Below are positions 36,844 to 46,178 of a stretch of DNA of 64,000 bases, piece by piece. Source of the stretch: a virus (lineage: Duplodnaviria; Caudoviricetes); the IMG/VR virus record IMGVR_UViG_3300049899_000550, positions 701-64,700 of that record; one strand, written 5' to 3'. The number at the start of each line of letters is the position of its first letter. Position 1 is the stretch's first letter. Both the position numbers and the translations under genes were made by a program. The notes beneath the pieces were generated by a model. The model saw only the letters and a program-made list of their open reading frames with translations. It was not told the DNA's origin and did no database searches.

Positions 36844-37074
36844 TTACCAGACCTTAATAGCAGATTTTTTTAATTCGATAATTCTTGCTGGTGGGTAGTC
36901 CTTAAAGGCTTGTACCATTGTGCCTTTTGATTGATCAACATCTAATATAAAATTAGATATATGATTGCCTACTACAATTGAGTCTGCACGTAGACAACTA
37001 GGTATTCTTCTAGTTATAACGAGATCAAACTGTTTTTTGATTTCTTCTATGTCTTTCATGTACGATTTACTCAT
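36844..37074 (-). CDS. Hypothetical protein
   Basis: ORF track; tiles with neighbours. Confidence 0.6.
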   Translation of the reverse strand: MSKSYMKDIEEIKKQFDLVITRRIPSCLRADSIVVGNHISNFILDVDQSKGTMVQAFKDYPPARIIELKKSAIKVW

Positions 37075-37075
37075 T

Positions 37076-37414
37076 TTATTTTGAACAGTCTAGTTTAGGT
37101 GGAACCTCGAAGTCCGGACATTGTTCTGCAAATAGCTTATTTTCTTTTGCTATATTTTGCAATAATGCCATACCTTCTTTTGTTTGTTTTAACTCAACTC
37201 TATTTTCGCATGTAACCTGTATATAAGTTTTTAAGTAACAATCTCTTGATACTGTTGTAACGTTGATGGGTTCGACTTTAGATGCTTTATAACTAAAGTA
37301 TGCGCCTGTTGCTGAAAATGCAGGTCCGACCACTTCGCCTAGTAGTCCTAAGCTTGCACAACCGTTTAATTGTAACACAAGTAAAAGTAAAAGTAAATGT
37401 TTTTTTATAGCCAT
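37076..37414 (-). CDS. Lipoprotein, probable o-spanin
   Basis: Lipobox LQLNGC; overlaps the i-spanin candidate downstream of the endolysin. Confidence 0.55.
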   Translation of the reverse strand: MAIKKHLLLLLLVLQLNGCASLGLLGEVVGPAFSATGAYFSYKASKVEPINVTTVSRDCYLKTYIQVTCENRVELKQTKEGMALLQNIAKENKLFAEQCPDFEVPPKLDCSK

Positions 37415-37638
37415 TTGTCTAGCTCGTCGTCTAGCTCGTCGTCTAGTAAATCGGTTGCGTCTTTGGCGGTCTTCTTAGCTTGCTTTAATTTTTTAACGTC
37501 TGCTGCTGTTTGGCGGTTAAGTGCATCAGTTGTCTTTTGAACACCAATTCTTTCACCGGATTTAATTAGGCCCATTGCTGCACCCCATGCCATTAGCACA
37601 CCGAGTATCATTTGCCACATGCTTTGTTTTTCACTCAT
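37405..37638 (-). CDS. Single-TM protein, probable i-spanin
   Basis: N-terminal TM helix plus coiled coil, directly after the endolysin. Confidence 0.5.
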   Translation of the reverse strand: MSEKQSMWQMILGVLMAWGAAMGLIKSGERIGVQKTTDALNRQTAADVKKLKQAKKTAKDATDLLDDELDDELDKWL

Positions 37639-37650
37639 AATCTTTTCCTT

Positions 37651-38505
37651 TCAGGTAAACAGTTTCTTTAATGTGTATGGTCCGGCTATCCCATCTGGGT
37701 TTAGTCCGTGCCGTTTTTGCCACCTTGCTAATGCATCTCTTGTTCCATATCCAAATGCACCATCTACAAGTACACCAAGTTTCTTTTGTATTTCTTCTAC
37801 AATCTCACCGTGTACACCACGTTGTACAACTTGGTCAAAATCAATATCATATTTCTCAACAGTTACTTCGCCTCTAAACAATGCTAATGCATGTTTAAAG
37901 CGTTTTGTTCTATCACCTAGGCCAATTAAGCCACCGTTTATAATACGTGTCATACGTGCAACGTCTTTATCGTCTGCAGGCTGATTAAGATTTTTTGTAT
38001 CCCAAAACCAACATGCCGACTCTATTGTACCTTTCTTTGTACCTAAGTACTCTGCTGCTTCATCTGCTGTCATGTTAACTGATCTAGCAAAGGCCTCATA
38101 GTTAGCACGACCTGTTAATTGTTTAAGTCCGCGTCCTCTAAAACGCCATCCGTCGCCTTCTACTACATTGCCTAAAGCCCCACCTGCCGAGCGATATTTG
38201 TCCATGTAAACATAGTTTGCTATGTCTTCGGGCTTACGTGCATAATCTGCCGCGCTACGTTTACCAGGACCGAAGTAACGACTAAAGACACGATTTAACG
38301 CACCTTCGCTATAATTTAAATTTTCTTCTAAACATCTAAAGTCGCCGCTTTCATGGGCGCATTGTGCAATAAATCCTGCTACACGTCTTGGTGTGTCTAT
38401 ATTATATTCCGGGAGTACTTCAAGTAATTCATCATACCATTCGCCAGTTTCGGCATTATCATTAATTACTTCTCTTAGCATTTCCTCAGTGAAGTCAAAT
38501 TTCAT
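37651..38505 (-). CDS. GH19 (chitinase-like) endolysin with C-terminal peptidoglycan-binding domain
   Basis: FIAQCAHESGDF, EENLNYS, FRGRGLKQLTGRANY, INGG; DGIAGPYT. Confidence 0.92.
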   Translation of the reverse strand: MKFDFTEEMLREVINDNAETGEWYDELLEVLPEYNIDTPRRVAGFIAQCAHESGDFRCLEENLNYSEGALNRVFSRYFGPGKRSAADYARKPEDIANYVYMDKYRSAGGALGNVVEGDGWRFRGRGLKQLTGRANYEAFARSVNMTADEAAEYLGTKKGTIESACWFWDTKNLNQPADDKDVARMTRIINGGLIGLGDRTKRFKHALALFRGEVTVEKYDIDFDQVVQRGVHGEIVEEIQKKLGVLVDGAFGYGTRDALARWQKRHGLNPDGIAGPYTLKKLFT

Positions 38506-39212
38506 TTTATCCCGGCAGCTATTCGTAGTGATTCTGTCATATCATTTATCGGAGCAGTTGTGTCTATGTCGATATCTGCTGCTGCCTTTAAATCATCTAT
38601 AGGTTTTTTGTCAAATTTAACATCATAAGCCTCAGCTGATAATGGGACTAAATCTTTGATATTTTTTTCTGTGACTGGTACTTTTTTAATTGACTTGTGG
38701 TATTGCATTTTCCACTCATCAAACTCTACCAAATTAGAAATGTCAGATGTTAATTCAACAATTTGCTCTGGCAGGTCATCGCTTCGTGGTGTTTCTACAA
38801 ATACTAAATATTTGCCGTTTTCTTTTTCGCCCGAGCTTGCATCAGCATCCAATACCCAATTATATCCTTTCTCGATAAAATTAACTAGATCCGCTGCTGG
38901 CTCTTTACCTGTAACTTGAAAACTAATTACACATATATCAGCATCATCGCCCATCTTAGACTTATATTCGTCTATATGTATTTTGTGGCTAATAAGCCTA
39001 GCTAGGTCATTAGGTTCTAAATTTTCATTTATTGTTTTAGTTTCTGCCAATCGAATTTCGTGGGCTGGACCTAAATTGTAGATTTTTCCACTTGCTACTT
39101 CTACATCTTTGCCGCCGGCCTTGTTAACATTAACAACTTTGCCTTGTTCCCAGTGGTCTTTGCCCCAGTAAAATTCAACGTGGTCACCTGTATTAATATT
39201 AGAATATATCAT
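38502..39212 (-). CDS. Hypothetical (putative head-associated) protein
   Basis: N-terminal SH3-like module followed by an INE junction. Confidence 0.65.
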   Translation of the reverse strand: MIYSNINTGDHVEFYWGKDHWEQGKVVNVNKAGGKDVEVASGKIYNLGPAHEIRLAETKTINENLEPNDLARLISHKIHIDEYKSKMGDDADICVISFQVTGKEPAADLVNFIEKGYNWVLDADASSGEKENGKYLVFVETPRSDDLPEQIVELTSDISNLVEFDEWKMQYHKSIKKVPVTEKNIKDLVPLSAEAYDVKFDKKPIDDLKAAADIDIDTTAPINDMTESLRIAAGIK

Positions 39213-39741
39213 TCATTTCCTCTTCTGGTGCTGCTTCTGGTGCTTGTTCGTTTTGTGCGTTAGCGTCTAAATCGTCTTCGTACGCTTGATTAACATCTTC
39301 TAGGTCAATTGTTTCTGTTTCTAGTTCTAAGCTGCCTTGATGTATTTCTTGCATAAGTTTCTTAGGCATGGTAATTTCTATTAGCCATATCTTGTGCTTT
39401 TCTTCTTTAGGCATTTTAGTACCGTCTTTAAAATCACCTGGCTCTGTAACTTTTATAGGTGCAACAAGTTTATCTTCTTTGTAGGTAACTTCGCAGTCAT
39501 ATCCGGCTAATCTAAGCCCACCCTTTGGATTTGGCATTAGTTTGTAAGGCCACATAAAAGTACAAGATACAAAATACTTTTCATATATTGGTCCTTCTAC
39601 AAGTTCGCCCTTTTTCCAGTTTTTAAATGCATATAGATCTAGTTCGTCTAAAACTCGCTCAAAATCGAGCAATGTATTTAACGAGCTGTCTGATATCATT
39701 ATATCTTTTGTGTTCTGGAATGCTTGTTTTATTTCTTTCAT
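39199..39741 (-). CDS. Hypothetical late protein
   Basis: ATAAATA late-type promoter at 39767-39773. Confidence 0.7.
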   Translation of the reverse strand: MKEIKQAFQNTKDIMISDSSLNTLLDFERVLDELDLYAFKNWKKGELVEGPIYEKYFVSCTFMWPYKLMPNPKGGLRLAGYDCEVTYKEDKLVAPIKVTEPGDFKDGTKMPKEEKHKIWLIEITMPKKLMQEIHQGSLELETETIDLEDVNQAYEDDLDANAQNEQAPEAAPEEEMNDIF

Positions 39742-39912
39742 GGGTTATATTACCGGTTATTTAATGTATTTATCATTTGCAAGAATTCTCACTATTAGAA
39801 ATTAGATGTATTTAGCGTCGAGATAAAATTATTAAGTGTTACTTTCATTTAGAAATACATCACTTAAATAATTTATGTAACACATTAATTTAAAATTTAG
39901 GAGATAGACATC

Positions 39913-40626
39913 TTGTCAAAAGCAAAGCGTAAAAGACAAACAGATAATACAATTCAATTTAACGACTACGTAAAACAACAAAAACACGTAGAGCTAATAC
40001 CCAAATCACTTAACCAGGAGACCTACATAGATTTTTTACAAGACAAGAACAGACAGGTTGTTCTTGCTACAGGACCGGCAGGAACAGGCAAAACAATGCT
40101 AGCGACACGAGCCGCTATTGCAGCATACAAAAACAAGGAAATAGATAAAATTATATTAACAAGACCAGCAGTTGGCGTCGATGACGAAAAGCATGGTTTC
40201 CTCCCAGGCGATATAAACGCTAAAATGGAACCCTGGACTCGACCGTTATTTGATGTAATACACGAGTACTATTCAGTTAAAGAAGTGGCAAGAATGTTAG
40301 ACGAACAGATTATTGAGATTTCTCCACTAGCATTCCAGAGAGGACGTACATATAAGAAAGCGTGGGTAATTTTTGACGAAGCTCAAAATTCCACAGTTAA
40401 TCAGATGAAGATGATATTAACACGCCTCGGTCATGATTCTAAGATTGTAGTTACTGGTGATTTAAATCAAACAGACAGGCAATTTACCAAAGTAAATGGA
40501 TTAACAGACTTCGTTAAAAAAGTCGGCCTAACCAACCCTCACATTGGTATTGTTGAATTTAACCCTAGAGACACTCAACGAAGTGCTATAGTAAGAGAGG
40601 TACTAAAAATATATAGCGAAGAATAA
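39913..40626 (+). CDS. phoH: PhoH-family ATPase
   Basis: GPAGTGKT, LTRPAV, GFLPGD, RGRT, DEAQN, LTRLG, GDLNQ. Confidence 0.95.
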   Translation: MSKAKRKRQTDNTIQFNDYVKQQKHVELIPKSLNQETYIDFLQDKNRQVVLATGPAGTGKTMLATRAAIAAYKNKEIDKIILTRPAVGVDDEKHGFLPGDINAKMEPWTRPLFDVIHEYYSVKEVARMLDEQIIEISPLAFQRGRTYKKAWVIFDEAQNSTVNQMKMILTRLGHDSKIVVTGDLNQTDRQFTKVNGLTDFVKKVGLTNPHIGIVEFNPRDTQRSAIVREVLKIYSEE

Positions 40627-41220
40627 TTATTCGCATCGTGTGACTAACTGGTATATTTCTTTCCAGTTAGTCACGTGGTGTCCACGTGTTTTATCAGCAG
40701 ACCTGTTATACCCGTGATCTAGTAGTATACTGTTTAATCCCAAATCTAATCCTGCTTGGAAGTTACTTGGGTGGTCCTCAATCCAGTAAAAGTTCGAATC
40801 TTTGTATTGTGCTAAGGCTTCGTCTTTTGGCGCGCCCATTGACAACAAAGTTATAGAATCAATAGCATTACCAAATAAATTATACAGGTTCATTTCGCGC
40901 AGTTCTCTAGCGCATGTATCTTCACCTAAGCTAGATATAACTCTAAGTTTATACCCGTGCTTTTGGTACAGTAAGTTAACATAGTAAACGCTATCACGGA
41001 ATGCACCGAGGTAACCTATCCTTGCACTTTCATTAAATACCCTTACCGAAAAGCTTGCTTCTTCAGCAGTAAGGTTTTCGTATTGTTGATGCATGTGGTA
41101 ATAATGATCTTCGCTTACATCTTTTCGCGTCTTACCATGTGCATCCATGAAACTATGGAAACCCTCTTCCCACTCTAATAAGACGCCATCGGCGTCGCAA
41201 AGTATTATTTTTTCGTTCAT
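40627..41220 (-). CDS. HAD-superfamily 5'(3')-deoxyribonucleotidase-like protein
   Basis: DADGVL motif I; WIED. Confidence 0.8.
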   Translation of the reverse strand: MNEKIILCDADGVLLEWEEGFHSFMDAHGKTRKDVSEDHYYHMHQQYENLTAEEASFSVRVFNESARIGYLGAFRDSVYYVNLLYQKHGYKLRVISSLGEDTCARELREMNLYNLFGNAIDSITLLSMGAPKDEALAQYKDSNFYWIEDHPSNFQAGLDLGLNSILLDHGYNRSADKTRGHHVTNWKEIYQLVTRCE

Positions 41221-41285
41221 ATCTGTTCCTAATTGCGTGTTATTGTGCCTATATTATAGCATATTTACTAGTGGGTCGCAATCAC

Positions 41286-41702
41286 TCATTTATCCCAACC
41301 GGGAGGCTCGTCTAGTATTGAATCTGTATCAATGTTAGGATAGATACCCATAAGCTTTTCTACTTCACACGCCATATTCTGTGCAACTGCTACAGGATCG
41401 ACATCGCCTGCTAATTTAAAAATATCATTTTCGTCTAAGTTGGCATACTGTCCTTTTTTTGCCTCTTCGTAAAATCTTACATTTTCGGCCTCGCCGCTAC
41501 TTGCTAAACAATACGCCCGTACATACGCATCACGCAAATCTCTAAAGGTAACACCTTTTATTTTAGTTTTGCCACGTTTACCATGATCGGTATGTGCTTG
41601 CCCATTGTAAGGTCTGCTTCTGTGCATTTTACTATTAGGATTCGCATATTTTAACTCATGCAACAGTTCTTCGTCTGTTAATGTTTTAGTCTTCTTCGTC
41701 AT
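41286..41702 (-). CDS. Hypothetical protein
   Basis: Start moved to ATG 41702 to reduce the overlap with the upstream gene. Confidence 0.6.
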   Translation of the reverse strand: MTKKTKTLTDEELLHELKYANPNSKMHRSRPYNGQAHTDHGKRGKTKIKGVTFRDLRDAYVRAYCLASSGEAENVRFYEEAKKGQYANLDENDIFKLAGDVDPVAVAQNMACEVEKLMGIYPNIDTDSILDEPPGWDK

Positions 41703-42009
41703 CAGTAATACCTTGTAAGTCTCTAACGGATTGTCCGATGTAATCACCATAGTTGTCAAAGAAGTGTTTAAAGATAGCTTGAAAGTCTGCTTCGCTTTGA
41801 TAAGAATTCTTTACAATAACTTCGTCTGTTAAATCTATTATTACGTTGTTGTTCTTCATGTCGTTCTTACGTAATCCCTTCGCTACTATTACATGCTCTT
41901 CGTATTCGATATTATCTGGATCTAACATGTAACCTGGCTTGCTAGTCATTGTTTTATCTTTTGGATGTGCTGTATAATTCGCTAGTAAATAAATATTTGT
42001 GTCTGTCAT
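41686..42009 (-). CDS. Hypothetical protein
   Basis: ORF track; ATGA coupling. Confidence 0.7.
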   Translation of the reverse strand: MTDTNIYLLANYTAHPKDKTMTSKPGYMLDPDNIEYEEHVIVAKGLRKNDMKNNNVIIDLTDEVIVKNSYQSEADFQAIFKHFFDNYGDYIGQSVRDLQGITDDEED

Positions 42010-42821
42010 AATCTTTCCTTTGGTAAATGTGGGTCAAATGGATCTCTGTACTTATAATTTTTAATCCATTCGCGTGTTTCGTTGCTTATGCTATATTCTG
42101 GTAATACTATATCTAAATATTCTAAATGTTTGCCTGAACTGAAGTGCGGGTCATTAGTGGGTTTATTGTTTAACGTAGTTCTGACATCAAAATCTATAAT
42201 TTCTTTTATTATAGTGTCTTTAATACCAGTGTAATCTTCATTTAAAAAGTTTTCCCATGTAGGCCAATCTACACCTTTTATTTCGTGATAATGTTCTCTA
42301 ACATAGTCTAGGTGCTTTTTATCATCGTCAACAGTATTTTCTATAGACGAAGTGAAACTTTTTTTAATGTACGAAGTAGTGTTGTTATATAAATTATCTA
42401 CATTATTATGAATTGGAATCATAGATAAAAATTCATAATTGGCGTTAGTGTACTTTAAAATATTGCTAGCGGCTTCTATAAACGACAGACTTTTCATTTG
42501 AGAGCCACGTGTGTCGTGATATTTAATTATATAATCTTTATCGAATAAACTATTGTTGAATAAACTTCCTGTTAAATGCCAGACATTGTTTTTGTATACA
42601 TCAACACGATCCGGGGAAGACCACATTATAATAATGGTATCGTCTGGACAAAACTTATTCAGCAAGTTACACTCGACTAAGGAATGAAATATGTATTCGT
42701 TTCCTGCACCCACATGACCCCAGTTCTCGTAGTGGTCAAACCCACGTCCTAATATATCTGCCCATGTAGGCCAAACGTATTGCGTAAAACTACAACCAAA
42801 CGTAAATAGACGTTTAGTCAT
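42006..42821 (-). CDS. SGNH/GDSL-like hypothetical protein
   Basis: LFTFGCSFT, GAGN, DPH. Confidence 0.5.
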   Translation of the reverse strand: MTKRLFTFGCSFTQYVWPTWADILGRGFDHYENWGHVGAGNEYIFHSLVECNLLNKFCPDDTIIIMWSSPDRVDVYKNNVWHLTGSLFNNSLFDKDYIIKYHDTRGSQMKSLSFIEAASNILKYTNANYEFLSMIPIHNNVDNLYNNTTSYIKKSFTSSIENTVDDDKKHLDYVREHYHEIKGVDWPTWENFLNEDYTGIKDTIIKEIIDFDVRTTLNNKPTNDPHFSSGKHLEYLDIVLPEYSISNETREWIKNYKYRDPFDPHLPKERL

Positions 42822-43743
42822 TTACCTTCGCTAAGTCGATCAAACATGCAGATAAGTTAATCTCTGCAATAGCGCACAATGCATGATTAGTTAAGTAATT
42901 ACTAATTACCTTAATTGCATTGTCTTGCCCTTCGTCTGTGCTACTCCACAATTCTAAATTATTATACATCCATTCATACAGCCCGTCCATTTCCTCAGGT
43001 CGAACTTGACTACAAAGTAATTCACGTGCTTCTTTAAATTTGCCACTTTTAAATAATTCTACCATTGTTAATTTATAATCTGCTGTGCTACTATCACTGT
43101 CCGATGGCCTTACTAGAGTTTTAGTAGAACTATTCATTTGTAATAAGTTTAAGCATTTACGCAGGTCTGGATATGTTGCTTTAACATAACTATCTAGCAC
43201 ATCGAGATCGAATTCTATTTCTTCTGTTACTAATACAGTTGCCGCACGTGCTGTAAACTCGGTGTGGTCTATTTTGTCTAAATGAAATCCTTGGCAACGA
43301 GAATGTAATGCAGGGATAACTTTATTAGGATAGTTACATGTTAATATAAAGCGGGCAGTCTCTGCATATGTTTCCATAACACTACGTAATGCAGCCTGTG
43401 CGTTTAATGATAAGTAATCTGCTTCATCTAACAAAACAACTTTAAATTCACCAAATGGCATCGTACTTACAAAGCTGATAATTTTATCACGTACATCGTC
43501 TACACCTGTGAAACGACTCGCATTCACTTCTAACACATCGTATTGCTGTACTTCTAACGTATTAATTAGAATCTTAGCTAACGTAGTTTTACCAATGCCT
43601 GCTGCACCAGATAATAATAAATGCGGAATGATTCCTTCTTTAATCCAACTTTCTACCTGTGTTCGATTATTTGCATTTTGAAATACATAACCTTCTATTG
43701 TGTTAGGACGATACATTTCGGTCCAGAGATTTGCTAGTGCCAT
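42814..43743 (-). CDS. Clamp loader AAA+ subunit (T4 gp44/RFC-like)
   Basis: WTEMYRP, GAAGIGKTT, LDEADYL, TCNYPNKVIPALHSRC. Confidence 0.92.
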   Translation of the reverse strand: MALANLWTEMYRPNTIEGYVFQNANNRTQVESWIKEGIIPHLLLSGAAGIGKTTLAKILINTLEVQQYDVLEVNASRFTGVDDVRDKIISFVSTMPFGEFKVVLLDEADYLSLNAQAALRSVMETYAETARFILTCNYPNKVIPALHSRCQGFHLDKIDHTEFTARAATVLVTEEIEFDLDVLDSYVKATYPDLRKCLNLLQMNSSTKTLVRPSDSDSSTADYKLTMVELFKSGKFKEARELLCSQVRPEEMDGLYEWMYNNLELWSSTDEGQDNAIKVISNYLTNHALCAIAEINLSACLIDLAKVND

Positions 43744-43815
43744 TTGTTTACTCCATTAAGTATTAGTATAATGTAAATATTATACAATTAATTAATGTAT
43801 ATGTCAAACGTTGTT

Positions 43816-44157
43816 TTAGAGTGCTTGTCCTAAAGCTTCGTCAGCAACGGGCTCATCACTAACCATAAGAAGAGCATTTTCATCAATACGGCGCACAACC
43901 ATATCTTCGCCATCGTGTGTTACATTAACACCGCGACTCCAACGTCCGTGTTCAACCAAAACATATTGTCCTGTTTTAACATCTTCTTGTTCTGGACCAA
44001 CAGCAAAAACTTTACCCCAGCGTGGGTGTATGCCTTCTGTTTTACCATCTAAGTTCGGGATAATAATGCCACCGTTTGTTATACGTTGGTCAAAGTTCAT
44101 CTCTGATATAAGAATGTTTTTTCGAAAAGCTCTAATGTTTTTGATTTCTTTACTCAT
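43816..44157 (-). CDS. Divergent GroES-like co-chaperonin
   Basis: TNGGIIIP mobile loop; GKVFAVGP...VKTGQYVL. Confidence 0.75.
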   Translation of the reverse strand: MSKEIKNIRAFRKNILISEMNFDQRITNGGIIIPNLDGKTEGIHPRWGKVFAVGPEQEDVKTGQYVLVEHGRWSRGVNVTHDGEDMVVRRIDENALLMVSDEPVADEALGQAL

Positions 44158-44563
44158 TGCTATCCTCTGATTTTTTGTTTGCGATTGTGTCTGCTAATTT
44201 ACCACGTTTTTTCTTTTTAGCTTTAACTTCTTTGATTGTTTTTTCTACCGGTGCCTCTTGGGGTATCGGTGTTTTTAACGTTGGCTCCATTGGTTTAAGT
44301 GGGTCTGGCATTTTTATATCAGGTACAGCAACCTCCTTAGGTGCAGTGGCATGCACTGCACCTTCTTGTGCAATAGGTGTATTCATTTTGTGGTAATCGC
44401 GCATTAATTCTTGTCGTGTTCTTACTATTTGTCCGCCCTTGCCTAATTTGTCACCACGTGCATTTGTTCCTGCGTTTCCTACAGCAATAGATTCTTCGTT
44501 TTTAAGTCTAATTAAATCCATATCCACGGATCTACCCTTTGCTGATCTGTAAGCTCTTGTCAT
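44150..44563 (-). CDS. Hypothetical late protein
   Basis: TATAAATA at 44596-44603 upstream. Confidence 0.7.
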   Translation of the reverse strand: MTRAYRSAKGRSVDMDLIRLKNEESIAVGNAGTNARGDKLGKGGQIVRTRQELMRDYHKMNTPIAQEGAVHATAPKEVAVPDIKMPDPLKPMEPTLKTPIPQEAPVEKTIKEVKAKKKKRGKLADTIANKKSEDSNE

Positions 44564-44606
44564 TTTATTCTCCTTGTAATATCTTTATATACGTATATTT
44601 ATAACA

Positions 44607-45128
44607 CTAATCGGTAGGCTTTAAAAATTCTTCTATGTCTAAGTCAAAATAGCACGAATCGACTTTGTGTATACCTATAAGGAATAGTACGTAAGAAGCT
44701 ACAGAGCTGCCGCGCCCTACACCCCATATTATATTATTCTCTCGCATTGTGTCTACAAGGTATTTAAGATAGCGTAGTAAGTCAAACAAGTCTCGATCCT
44801 GATATAATAGTAATTCAGCACCAACACGTTGTATTTCGTGTTGCACGTTGCATTGACTTAACACCCATTCTGCAATATCTAACTGCTTATACTTTTCGGG
44901 CATATTCCATTGTGCTTGGTGCTCGTGGTCATAGCTGTCTATATCAGTATCGGGTTTTGTGTATGAATTTACCGTAGGCATTTCAGCATACATTTTCTGT
45001 ACGCTTTTGTTATATATTTCCGGATCCTCTAACTTAAACAAACTAATATCTAAGTCGGGATTTTGATATAACAGTTTGCAGAGTTCTTTACTGTCAGTAA
45101 AGCTCTGTCCGTATTCGTCGAATTTCAT
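44607..45128 (-). CDS. Stand-alone fragment of DNA polymerase III alpha (DnaE)
   Basis: WGVGRGSSVASYVLFLIGIHKVD...LDIEEFL matches the DnaE GRGS region. Confidence 0.75.
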   Translation of the reverse strand: MKFDEYGQSFTDSKELCKLLYQNPDLDISLFKLEDPEIYNKSVQKMYAEMPTVNSYTKPDTDIDSYDHEHQAQWNMPEKYKQLDIAEWVLSQCNVQHEIQRVGAELLLYQDRDLFDLLRYLKYLVDTMRENNIIWGVGRGSSVASYVLFLIGIHKVDSCYFDLDIEEFLKPTD

Positions 45129-45382
45129 TTTCCTATATTGATTCTACTTGCTAGTGATTCGTTATCTTTTTGGTGTTTCTCGAGCATCTCTGCTTGTCGC
45201 TTTTGGATTTCTTCTTCGTAATCCATAAGTAACATTTGAATTTGTGGAGCCATATTAACACGACCCGTAGCATAACAATACGATAAATTAGTTGTTAATT
45301 CTGAGCGTTTTTGTTCTAGCTCTTCTAGTGTAACTTCCGAAAGATCTGGTGCTAATGGATGACCTGGGCCGCCTTGCATCAT
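45125..45382 (-). CDS. Hypothetical coiled-coil protein
   Basis: SD GAGG; TTGATT-17 nt-TATAAT promoter upstream. Confidence 0.7.
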   Translation of the reverse strand: MMQGGPGHPLAPDLSEVTLEELEQKRSELTTNLSYCYATGRVNMAPQIQMLLMDYEEEIQKRQAEMLEKHQKDNESLASRINIGK

Positions 45383-45442
45383 AATAATTTCCTCATAATA
45401 ACTAATTATACTGTAAAGTTGTCTTTAAATCAACTTATTTGG

Positions 45443-45483
45443 ATAAATACAAGTGTAGTTCGCGTGTTACTAGCACCAACTAC
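45443..45483 (+). promoter_or_regulatory. Late-type promoter plus leader hairpin of the homing endonuclease
   Basis: ATAAATA at 45443; stem GTAGTT...AACTAC (45455-45483). Confidence 0.55.
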
Positions 45484-45509
45484 CCTAACACTCGACAAGG
45501 AGTATCAGC

Positions 45510-46115
45510 ATGTATATTTATACTAACACAATACCCACAGAAAAACAAATAGAAAACTATAAACCAACCTATCTTTATATTAAAGAACATAATGTTACTG
45601 GTTTAAAATATTTTGGAAAAACCACAGCGAAAGATCCCTGCAAGTACAAAGGTTCGGGTGTTTATTGGTCAAGGCACCTATCTAACCACGGCAACGATGT
45701 AACCACGACTATTGTTGGTTATTATACAGATATCCATAAACTAACAGAAAATGCTACTAAAATTTCAGTTGATAATGATATTGTTGGATCAAAGGATTGG
45801 GCAAATATAAAGCAAGAAGATGGACTTATGGGAGGCGAGACCGGCGGCAAAGGCAAAAAACGTTCTCCTGAAACTATTGAAAAAATGAGACTTGCTGCAA
45901 CAGGAAGAAAACATTCAACAAAAGCAAAAGAGAAAATGAAGCAAACTAGAGCAAAACCTGAAGTAAAAGAAAAAATGCGACTAGCTGCAACAGGCGTTAA
46001 AAAGTCTGCAGAAACTATAGAAAAATTACGAGCAGGATCAACAGGTAGAAAACATTCTGCTGCAACTAAAGAAAAGATGCGTCAATCACATCTTGCTAGA
46101 TTTTCTAAGAAATAA
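45510..46115 (+). mobile_element. Free-standing GIY-YIG homing endonuclease with NUMOD3 repeats
   Basis: YLYIKEH...KYFGKT, YKGSG; repeats of GRKHS-x-ETIEKM; orientation opposite to its neighbours. Confidence 0.85.
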
Positions 46116-46178
46116 CTCCGATCAAAAGAAAACTCCTTGTTAACTTAATATAACATTAAACCAACAAGGAGTCAAGTA

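Larger units (their letters stand above)
35921..36848. repeat. Tandem gene duplication, about 460-470 bp unit
   Basis: Identical ends TCTGTGCTTTCTCTTAAAAATTCTCTGCTTTGCATATTACC and CCATATTATTCCTTTAATTTGTTAAGGTGTCTTGTAT. Confidence 0.95.

Noticed and set aside
37417-37446. 12-bp tandem repeat GTCTAGCTCGTC x2.5
   Set aside because: It only encodes LDDELDDELD in a low-complexity acidic tail; no evidence of phase variation.
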